NCBI GenBank assembly: GCA_049652985.1
Contig: JBASFK010000004.1
Coordinates: forward strand, 251,879-315,878
Source of the DNA: Alphaproteobacteria bacterium
GTDB lineage: Bacteria; Pseudomonadota; Alphaproteobacteria; Micavibrionales; Micavibrionaceae
Reading direction: 5' to 3'
DNA: 64,000 bases
In this document: positions 21,587 to 28,565 of the stretch, in pieces
Layout of the letters: each line of letters begins with the position of its first letter
Position numbering within the stretch: position 1 is the stretch's first letter
Notes under the pieces: generated by a model
What the model was told of the DNA's origin: nothing
Databases searched by the model: none
The model's input: the letters and a program-made list of their open reading frames with translations, nothing else
Position numbers and translations under genes: made by a program

Positions 21587-22293
21587 TGTTTAATAAAGCA
21601 GATATTGATGCAGCAGAATTAGATTGGAAAGACGCAGACGAATTTAACGAATCGTTATCAAAGTTAAAAAAAGGCCAAGTTAAGTTCATAAAGGTTGAAG
21701 GTGATCTTGCTCGATCAAAACTCGCTTGGAAAATAGCAACTTATTCTGAGGCTATACGCTATCGATTAATAGAGGTAACGGAGGCATGTATTGATGAATG
21801 GCAAAAAGAACGTTTTGTCGCATGTTTTATCATGGCGAGAGTAATAATAGAAACTGTTGCGGCATTATATGAATTGGAACATCAATTACAAAAACTATTA
21901 GCTAATAAAGATCTGGATGCGATCGACGCAATGATAATGAAGAGAACATTCGGCACAAGACTAGCTGACTTGTTCGGCGGTAAAAAAGCTTATGAAGCTG
22001 TAAGTGTTCTCACTACTATTGATAAATTAGATAAATTTCTTAAAGGGCATGTAAGAGAAGCTTATGATCGTCTCTCTGAATATACGCACACAAATTATAT
22101 GGGTGTTTGTAGTTCGTACGAAAAAATTGATTACAAATACGGAGACGTGACGTATGGTAATCAGAATACTAAGCACAATGTGTTCATGCGACTGCAGGGT
22201 GAGTTTGGTCTTCTAGAGCTGGCTAATATCACATTTGAGAAAATTAAGTCGCATGTTAAGGCAACTGCTGATCTTCAGCATGAACTAGATTAG
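21586..22293 (+). CDS. Hypothetical helical protein with an Rx5H (HEPN-like) motif, translationally coupled to the upstream gene
   Basis: The ATG overlaps the upstream stop (ATAATG). AYDRLSEYTH contains R162-x5-H168. The HEPN assignment is tentative. Confidence 0.35.
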   Translation: MFNKADIDAAELDWKDADEFNESLSKLKKGQVKFIKVEGDLARSKLAWKIATYSEAIRYRLIEVTEACIDEWQKERFVACFIMARVIIETVAALYELEHQLQKLLANKDLDAIDAMIMKRTFGTRLADLFGGKKAYEAVSVLTTIDKLDKFLKGHVREAYDRLSEYTHTNYMGVCSSYEKIDYKYGDVTYGNQNTKHNVFMRLQGEFGLLELANITFEKIKSHVKATADLQHELD

Positions 22294-22493
22294 ATAATCA
22301 AATCTTTCAATTCACAATCTAAAGCATCTGCAATCGAAACTAACGACTTGATTGTGACATTCATTTTTCCATTTTCAATTTCCGAGAGATAGCTTCGATC
22401 AATCTGCGCTAACCCACATAAGTCTTCTTGCGTAAGATTCTGCTTCTTTCGCAGTTTTACGATATTTTTCCCTATGATCTTTAGCTCTTTCAT
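22290..22493 (-). CDS. XRE-family (Cro/CI-type) helix-turn-helix regulator
   Basis: 67 aa. LRKKQNLTQEDLCGLAQIDRSYLSEIENGKMNVTIKSLVSIADAL is a canonical HTH_XRE sequence. Confidence 0.85.
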   Translation of the reverse strand: MKELKIIGKNIVKLRKKQNLTQEDLCGLAQIDRSYLSEIENGKMNVTIKSLVSIADALDCELKDLII

Positions 22494-22500
22494 AGAGAAA

Positions 22501-22549
22501 TTATGTTGTTTTTAACCCACAAAGACCGTAGGTTATAACCAACATAATG
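22501..22549. promoter_or_regulatory. Candidate operator in the divergent XRE / 22561 promoter region
   Basis: Inverted repeat ATTATGTTG (22501-22509) / CAACATAAT (22541-22549) encloses a perfect 10-bp palindrome GGTTATAACC (22532-22541). Confidence 0.35.
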
Positions 22550-22560
22550 AAGGAGTTAGC

Positions 22561-23340
22561 ATGTTCAAAAGAGTAGGGATAGCAACAATAGCTGTGACAT
22601 TGTGCCTTTTGTCTAATCCAATTAAAGCCCAGGATTATCAAAGTGCTTTGGAATTAGTGGAAGGGGATGAATACGCTAGCTATTTCATAGCGCCAACATT
22701 TAAAGACAAAATAAAACAAGCTCTCCAAATATCTGATCAAAGCATATCACCAGAAGCTCTAAGTGTTTTGCAAAGTCTCGATGTTCGTGGCCTTAAGTTG
22801 ATGGCGACATACGAAGAAGCTCTAAGCTTCGCTAAATCCGAAAACAGCGTCTGCCAATCCATTCTAAGCAATTTTCACAGCCTATGGCATGTCATGAACA
22901 TGGATAGGAATGTAAGTGGGAAAACGACACAAGCGGATTCAAAAACAAAAGTGTCACAAAGTGCAATGTATTGTAATGGAAAAGTGACATATTTGTCATT
23001 TACACCATTAGGCCGTTTAAATGATGTGACAATGACATTGGTTTCAGAAGAAAATAATGACGAAATTCTAAAAACATTTGAACAGAAGTTATCTGGTAAA
23101 AAAATAGATACGAAATGCACAAGACGAAATCTTGGTAAATGTGAAGCCGGAATATATTTTTATAAAGACCAATTCTCTAAATTCAATTTACTATTCGAGG
23201 ATAAAGCTACTTTTAAAGATGGGAAATATTTCTATGTTTATGAGATGGAGCTTTCATCTGATTACCTTAAAAAAACAGATAACGATGCTTTAAAACAAAT
23301 CTTGGAATCTAATCAATCTAAACAAAAGACGAAGCTTTAA
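22561..23340 (+). CDS. Secreted hypothetical protein
   Basis: Signal peptide MFKRVGIATIAVTLCLLSNPIKAQD. No family recognised. Confidence 0.6.
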   Translation: MFKRVGIATIAVTLCLLSNPIKAQDYQSALELVEGDEYASYFIAPTFKDKIKQALQISDQSISPEALSVLQSLDVRGLKLMATYEEALSFAKSENSVCQSILSNFHSLWHVMNMDRNVSGKTTQADSKTKVSQSAMYCNGKVTYLSFTPLGRLNDVTMTLVSEENNDEILKTFEQKLSGKKIDTKCTRRNLGKCEAGIYFYKDQFSKFNLLFEDKATFKDGKYFYVYEMELSSDYLKKTDNDALKQILESNQSKQKTKL

Positions 23341-23355
23341 AACGGCCATAAAAAA

Positions 23356-23388
23356 AGCTGCAATAATTAACATTGCAGCTTTTCTCTT
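23356..23388 (+). terminator. Rho-independent terminator
   Basis: Stem AGCTGCAAT (23356-23364) / ATTGCAGCT (23372-23380), 7-nt loop, then TTTCTCTT. Confidence 0.65.
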
Positions 23389-23550
23389 AATTCATATTTC
23401 AGATCACTTATTTTTCATTTTCTGTTTTTGTAACTTTCAATTAAAAATTATTTTTTCAAATTTACATTTCCTATCTCTTATTCTATGTTCCTATTCATCT
23501 TTCTCTTTTCATTAAGCAATAATAAAATATTGCAGAACTCATAACGAATT

Positions 23551-23571
23551 CGGCACATCTTAATTTTTACG
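23551..23571 (+). repeat. Direct repeat copy A (CGGCAC-ATC-TTAATTTTTACG), embedded in a hairpin
   Basis: Matches 24938-24955 (CGGCAC-TTAATTTTTACG). Here the 12-mer forms the loop of the hairpin CACATC (23554-23559) / GATGTG (23571-23576). Confidence 0.55.
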
Positions 23572-23623
23572 ATGTGAGGAACGGTGCTCGGTTACTTGAA
23601 GTTTTCAGCGTAAATTGGCAGCG

Positions 23624-24100
23624 TTACTTGGAACAAAATTCACGGCTAATGATAAAAGCTCGATAATTTTGATCTTTATATTGTTCCTTTAAACAGTAAT
23701 CCAAACGTCCAGTAAAAGGTTGAATATCGATTGAACCACTTTTAACCAGCGTCTCCCATACATCAGGCGCATGCTGTTCGAAGCGTTCGATATGTTCTCG
23801 ATTAACCCTTGTTAATAGATGATAGTGAAGGTTCGACTGGATATGCTCAGGGAACGCGATGAAAAACGTTCGTTCTTCAGGTGGTTTTTTATACCAATTC
23901 GTCCCTAAAATTCTTCGGTCGATATTTGCATGAAATTTTTTAAGTTTGTCGCGGGCAGAATCCAATGTTTCGGGTCTATTAAAAACGAGCGTCATGAAAT
24001 GGGTAAAGTTTTGGCTGTCTAGCCAAACTTTGAATTTGGGGAGTAATTTTGATGGAAATATAGTGGTGGTGGTCATCAACCTATTTATGCATTGAGCCAC
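23624..24100 (-). CDS. Small rolling-circle Rep-like (HUH) protein, possibly YagK/YfjJ / inovirus gpII-like (tentative)
   Basis: 158 aa with three ordered motifs resembling RCR Rep motifs: FMTLVF (motif 1), LHYHLLT (HUH) and LDYCLKE (uxxYuxK). Confidence 0.45.
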   Translation of the reverse strand: MAQCINRLMTTTTIFPSKLLPKFKVWLDSQNFTHFMTLVFNRPETLDSARDKLKKFHANIDRRILGTNWYKKPPEERTFFIAFPEHIQSNLHYHLLTRVNREHIERFEQHAPDVWETLVKSGSIDIQPFTGRLDYCLKEQYKDQNYRAFIISREFCSK

Positions 24101-24133
24101 TTATCGCGTTAAGTTATTGATTGTCCAATAAAA

Positions 24134-24164
24134 AATGGCTTCTATTGTAATAATAGAAGCCATT
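24134..24164 (-). terminator. Hairpin terminator between 24177..24776 and the Rep-like gene
   Basis: 13-bp stem AATGGCTTCTATT (24134-24146) / AATAGAAGCCATT (24152-24164). A T-run follows on the minus strand. Confidence 0.5.
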
Positions 24165-24176
24165 TTATGTTTGTTG

Positions 24177-24776
24177 CTAAACGCTCCGAATCCATGGAAA
24201 CGAGTCGTATTCTTCATATTCTTCAAGTGTCCGTGGATTTTGACGAATAAATTGATTTAGAGACCGCTGCATCTTCTCGTTACGCTGTTCGTCAAAAATT
24301 GCCTCTAAAAGTGGATCGTAGATAGTAAGACGCGCAGGACAATTTTGGACTACATCATTCACTGTAAATTCAGTATTTTTCAATTCACTGATGTCTGTGG
24401 CAATTTTAGCATCGCGTTCCATCAGCTCATGAAGATGAAAGGCAATATACAGCTTCATACTTTTATAAAGCTTTTTGTTGGATTTTTTACACCCATTATT
24501 TGCCAACTGAACAAGTTTAATGGAAGATTTTTTATCATAATCTGAGAATTCTTGACGAGTTACATAGCGACCTGTAGTTACAATTAGCTGGTGCAGGGAC
24601 TGGGTGTAATCTGCTACTTGTTTATCAGAGAGTTTACGGATGGACTTCAGCGCATAATAAATTTCGCTGCCAAAGAAAGTTCTTACCATGCCATCGTCTA
24701 GAGTCTCGGGATTCCACACGTAGTGAATGGAATATTTGCGATTGAAGTAAATAGGTAGATTGGCCTTCATTTTCAT
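24177..24776 (-). CDS. Hypothetical protein
   Basis: 199-aa AT-rich ORF upstream of the Rep-like gene. No family recognised. Confidence 0.55.
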   Translation of the reverse strand: MKMKANLPIYFNRKYSIHYVWNPETLDDGMVRTFFGSEIYYALKSIRKLSDKQVADYTQSLHQLIVTTGRYVTRQEFSDYDKKSSIKLVQLANNGCKKSNKKLYKSMKLYIAFHLHELMERDAKIATDISELKNTEFTVNDVVQNCPARLTIYDPLLEAIFDEQRNEKMQRSLNQFIRQNPRTLEEYEEYDSFPWIRSV

Positions 24777-24937
24777 TTTTTCCTTATTTTAATTAATTTT
24801 TGCAATCGCCTTATGCGTTTGCTTCATGTCCAAATCCAAACTTCCATAACCACATGCAAAATGGTTCTCTGGTATAAAGAGAATTGGTTTGAAGTGGGAA
24901 ATGTGGTGTTGGGGGGACATGAACCTATTTATTCACG

Positions 24938-24955
24938 CGGCACTTAATTTTTACG
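24938..24955 (+). repeat. Direct repeat copy B (CGGCAC-TTAATTTTTACG)
   Basis: Same orientation as 23551-23571. Together the two copies bracket the two minus-strand genes 23624-24776. Confidence 0.55.
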
Positions 24956-24986
24956 TTTTTTTACGTAATAATATGTCGTTCTTTAG

Positions 24987-25018
24987 ACTGATTATGATAC
25001 TTTGTTATCATAATCAGT
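24987..25018. repeat. Perfect 13-6-13 palindromic site (ACTGATTATGATA-CTTTGT-TATCATAATCAGT)
   Basis: 13-bp perfect inverted arms at 24987-24999 and 25006-25018 with a 6-bp spacer. It lies 114 bp upstream of the small tyrosine recombinase gene. Confidence 0.7.
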
Positions 25019-25131
25019 GGTATATAACCCATTGATTTATAATATAATTTTAGCTCATGTGTTGCGTTGACCTTATCCCAATACATTAGGAAATTGCCTG
25101 TACTTAACGTTTTCTAATGAAAGGACAGACA

Positions 25132-25719
25132 ATGGGACTAGGTAAGCAGGCCAAGATCTTATCGAGGCATCAGCAAGCGGCTTTAATTTCGTTTTTAACG
25201 ACCACTAGACACGCCAAACGAAACCAAGTGATTTTCCTGTTATCGATTAGAGCCGGTCTTAGAGCGAAAGAAATCGCGTTTATCACCTGGTCTATGGTTT
25301 CAGATGCCGAAGGCAATATATCCGATGTTATTAATCTTCGAAATTCCGCGTCTAAAGGTAATTCTGGCGGCATAATCTGGATGAACAGCGATTTAAGGCA
25401 GGCTCTAATTGAATACCGGGCTACTCAAAACTTAATGAGTGGTAATGACAGGATCATTAAAACAGAACGCGGTGAAAACACATCAGCCCAAGTTATCGTG
25501 AATATGTTCAAGGGTTGGTACAAGAAACTGGGTTTCGAGGGGTGTTCATCACACAGCGGCCGTCGAACCTTCATTACAAACGCAGCTCGTAAAATATCGA
25601 CGGTCGGTGGTTCGATTCGAGATGTTCAAGTCCTAGCCAGACATTCATCCCTTCAAATGACCCAGAGATATATTGAATGTGATGTCGAAGCACAGAAAAA
25701 AGTGGTTCAGCTAATATAG
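25132..25719 (+). CDS. Small tyrosine recombinase (catalytic domain only)
   Basis: RAGLRAKEI, SSHSGRRTFIT, LARHSS and TQRYIE supply the R..HxxR..H..Y residues. ATG 25132 has an AAGGA RBS; an alternative ATG is at 25117. Confidence 0.85.
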   Translation: MGLGKQAKILSRHQQAALISFLTTTRHAKRNQVIFLLSIRAGLRAKEIAFITWSMVSDAEGNISDVINLRNSASKGNSGGIIWMNSDLRQALIEYRATQNLMSGNDRIIKTERGENTSAQVIVNMFKGWYKKLGFEGCSSHSGRRTFITNAARKISTVGGSIRDVQVLARHSSLQMTQRYIECDVEAQKKVVQLI

Positions 25720-25762
25720 CAAAAAATTCATTATTATTCTGAATTTATGCTATAAATTCGAA

Positions 25763-26404
25763 ATGTCAGAACAACCGAAACTTCTACCATTAATTCAAAA
25801 GAAAATAGATGAAGAAAGACAAGTTCTACTTCAACTCATAACTTCTTGGATCATGCACTTTGCTAGTGGCAAGGGCACTATAAAAACTTTCAGCGGGAAA
25901 ACCTGTTCTTGGTCAGGCACATTGTTCGAGGGGAGTTCACGAGACGTATTTTGGGGCAGATATATTGAACCATTTTTAGAAGATTGTACCGAACGTCTAA
26001 TTGATTTGGTGGTGCAAGAATCTGACAGCAATAAACTCAATCTGAAATTGGAATTATATACCTTATCAAACCATATGCGTGGTTTGTTTGCCCGAATATA
26101 CAATGAAATGGCTGAGGCTGATCAACGGATGTTGGGTATGGGACATCCTAATCAAATAGACAGAAAAGACGTTACTCAGGAAATCATAAGCATGAACCAC
26201 TATTTGGATCAGCACATTGTCATGGCTCTTAATAAACATAAGTCACGCACTTCTTTGAAAACAAAATTTATTGAAAATTTTAAAGAGCAGGCTGTTCAAA
26301 AGCTCGTAGAATATTCGATCGTAGCAATTATTTCTATTTTAGGATGGATATTTGCAAGCGAACATATCGCGGCAATCATCAACTCTCTAAGAAATAACGG
26401 GTGA
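25763..26404 (+). CDS. Hypothetical protein with a C-terminal TM helix
   Basis: 213 aa. Helical N-terminal part and one hydrophobic segment (YSIVAIISILGWIFA). No family recognised. Confidence 0.55.
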   Translation: MSEQPKLLPLIQKKIDEERQVLLQLITSWIMHFASGKGTIKTFSGKTCSWSGTLFEGSSRDVFWGRYIEPFLEDCTERLIDLVVQESDSNKLNLKLELYTLSNHMRGLFARIYNEMAEADQRMLGMGHPNQIDRKDVTQEIISMNHYLDQHIVMALNKHKSRTSLKTKFIENFKEQAVQKLVEYSIVAIISILGWIFASEHIAAIINSLRNNG

Positions 26405-26413
26405 CAGAAGAAA

Positions 26414-27229
26414 ATGAATTCAAAAGTTGATTTTAAAGCTCGCGCAAAGCAGCATCTTGCTGCTGCAAAAGAAGAATTATCGTCAGGAGATGAAAGACGT
26501 TTAAAATATGCGGCTCTTGAAATTCGTATGGCAATGGAAGCCGTAACTTACGAACGTGCTCAGGCATATATCAAGGATATCCCGCCAGAAGTTTATGAAA
26601 CTTGGCAACCTAAAAAACTGATGTTGTTTCTACTTGAGGCCGATCCTTATGCAGACCAATCTTCAACACTTTCAGTAGGAATAGAAAAAGAATATGGAGT
26701 CGAAGCCAAGGAAATGAAAACCCTTGGCACTGAGCATATTTTGTCGTTGGCAGAAATAAAAAAGAATTATGATGCGATTGGTAGCTATCTTCATATGCCA
26801 ACGTATAAACAACTTCAGGAGGCTAAACAAAACCTTTCAAGTCTCAAAGATAGATGTGAAAAAATAATTGAAAAACTAGAGAAAGTTATCAATTCCAAAA
26901 TTCATAACATAAAATTTACAGTTTTTTCCGAAGTACATTGTGTTCGATGTGAGCATCTGATTAAAAAGAATATAGCTCATCTAAAAAAGCTTGATACAAT
27001 CGAAGCCAAATGTTTGGGATGTGGTGCAACTTATTTGGTTGAGAACGCAGACAACGATCAAATTAAATGGAAACCAAAAAAATCTTTATTTAATTGCATT
27101 AACAAAGAATGTAACGAAGAAAATTCAATTTGGAACGATGAGTTAAAGCCTGGCACAATTATTCAATGTAAAGCGTGCAATGCTAATAACGAAATTGCAT
27201 TGTCTGTTGTTTTAAGAAGCACAGTATAA
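26414..27229 (+). CDS. Hypothetical protein: helical N-domain plus two C-terminal zinc-ribbon-like Cys pairs
   Basis: 271 aa. C176xxC179...C200xxC203 and C228x4C233...C252xxC255. N-domain motifs LEIRMAMEAVTYE and NYDAIGSYLH resemble those in ORF 21586..22293. Confidence 0.55.
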   Translation: MNSKVDFKARAKQHLAAAKEELSSGDERRLKYAALEIRMAMEAVTYERAQAYIKDIPPEVYETWQPKKLMLFLLEADPYADQSSTLSVGIEKEYGVEAKEMKTLGTEHILSLAEIKKNYDAIGSYLHMPTYKQLQEAKQNLSSLKDRCEKIIEKLEKVINSKIHNIKFTVFSEVHCVRCEHLIKKNIAHLKKLDTIEAKCLGCGATYLVENADNDQIKWKPKKSLFNCINKECNEENSIWNDELKPGTIIQCKACNANNEIALSVVLRSTV

Positions 27230-27257
27230 AGCCATAAAAATTAGATACCGCGAATAT

Positions 27258-27995
27258 CTAATGCAACATCTTGTATTGAAGATAAGCTCGAAAATCAGGC
27301 ATAGGCTTGTTATTAGCAAAAAATATCAGTCCGATATCAAACGAAAAAATATTTTTATATCTGTTATTGGCTATGTCTGAGTATTCGATTGTCAGTTTTA
27401 AGCTGGGAATAGGGCAGTCCAAATTCTTTGAAAGCACTGCAAAATTTATATAAAAATAATTTGAAACAAGCCAAGTATAAGCTGCAGGTACAGGTATCTT
27501 AAGGCCAGTTTGTTCGATGGAAGCTGGAAGCAGATAATCTTCGCTCCGCTCTAAGCTTGGGTTCAAATTAACTAATGCTTCGGATTTATCGCCATCTTTA
27601 AATTCTAAAAAACTGTCTAATTTTTTTATTGTGACCCTTGTCTCATTTTCTTGATTCAACTGGTTCAATTTTTGAATGAATGTGTCGAAATCAAAATCCC
27701 AAGTTAACTGTATATCTTTGGCAGCTCCATTTCCCAGATTAAATAACGATATTTCTAAATCAGGCGATTTTAGCTCTTCCAGTTCTTCGTTTTTTGAGTC
27801 GTTTAATACCCAATCACAAAAAATAGCGGACTGAAAGTAACCACTGAAAACTTGTTTGATGGGTACAATGTCAGGCTTATAGCTATGCTTCCTTTGCCTG
27901 TGCATTTCGAGCAGTGTTAACAAAGCAGCAATTGCTGCAAAAAAAGTCGCCCAATCAGCAACAAATGACGATAAATTTTCGAATGAAATAGGCAT
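27258..27995 (-). CDS. Hypothetical membrane-anchored protein
   Basis: 245 aa with an N-terminal TM helix (WATFFAAIAALLTLL). Convergent with 26414..27229. No family recognised. Confidence 0.55.
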   Translation of the reverse strand: MPISFENLSSFVADWATFFAAIAALLTLLEMHRQRKHSYKPDIVPIKQVFSGYFQSAIFCDWVLNDSKNEELEELKSPDLEISLFNLGNGAAKDIQLTWDFDFDTFIQKLNQLNQENETRVTIKKLDSFLEFKDGDKSEALVNLNPSLERSEDYLLPASIEQTGLKIPVPAAYTWLVSNYFYINFAVLSKNLDCPIPSLKLTIEYSDIANNRYKNIFSFDIGLIFFANNKPMPDFRAYLQYKMLH

Positions 27996-28053
27996 TTAAA
28001 GATGATACTTTTTATAGGGTAAGCTATCCATTCAAATTTTCTGGCAGGATAAG

Positions 28054-28132
28054 CTGCAAACTTACTACAAACAAAAATATTATGATTATAAATCAAATAA
28101 TTAGACGCATAAGGACTATTGAGTGGGAATAA
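28054..28132 (+). repeat. Island right arm plus att core copy 2 (ACT ATT GAG TGG GAA TAA)
   Basis: The 75-bp arm 28054-28128 is collinear with 28491-28565 (58/75 identical by hand), including a perfect 21-mer AAACTTACTACAAACAAAAAT. It ends in a copy of the guaA terminus. Confidence 0.8.
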
Positions 28133-28565
28133 ACGATGGAAATCAAAATTATTAATATAAAAACAGATGAAATAAAAGATTGGGATAGCTTCCATGCTGT
28201 ATTTCAAAAGGCATTTGGATTTCCTGATTTTTACGGACGTAATATGAATGCATGGATTGATTGTATGTCTTATCTTGATGAATCGGATAATGAGATGACC
28301 AACATAACAGTTAAATCAGGCGGCATAATTATATTGAATATAGAAAACTCTGCGGAATTCAAAAAACGCTGCGCAGAGCAATATGAAGCATTGATAGAAT
28401 GCTCTGCATTTGTAAATTATAGACGCATTGAAGCCGGGGAGACCCCCGTTCTTTCTCTAATTTTTTCTGGACATTATTAAAGCAATCCAACTGTAAACTT
28501 ACTACAAACAAAAATTTTTTGAAGTTAGATCAAATGTTTATAAGTGCAGAGACGATTGAGTGGGA
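28132..28565 (+). mobile_element. Mini-element or remnant between att copies 2 and 3, carrying only a barstar-like gene
   Basis: Bounded by copies of the guaA terminus. It shares its right arm with the large island. No recombinase of its own. Confidence 0.6.
28136..28480 (+). CDS. Barstar-family ribonuclease inhibitor (orphan immunity protein)
   Basis: FHAVFQKAFGFPDFYGRNMNAWIDCMSYL aligns with barstar [28 protein letters not shown]. Size (114 aa) is appropriate. Confidence 0.8.
   Translation: MEIKIINIKTDEIKDWDSFHAVFQKAFGFPDFYGRNMNAWIDCMSYLDESDNEMTNITVKSGGIIILNIENSAEFKKRCAEQYEALIECSAFVNYRRIEAGETPVLSLIFSGHY

Larger units (their letters stand above)
18550..28131 (+). mobile_element. AT-rich integrative genomic island inserted at the guaA 3' end (integrase-proximal unit)
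   Basis: Abrupt drop in G+C right after the guaA stop. Integrase gene 124 bp downstream. Bounded by direct repeats of the guaA terminus. Cargo is unknown genes. Confidence 0.75.

Noticed and set aside
23468-23494. Iteron-like TTCCTAT repeats in the AT-rich spacer downstream of the Rep-like gene
   Set aside because: There are only two 7-bp copies, 20 bp apart, in a pyrimidine-rich low-complexity tract. That is easily explained by chance.
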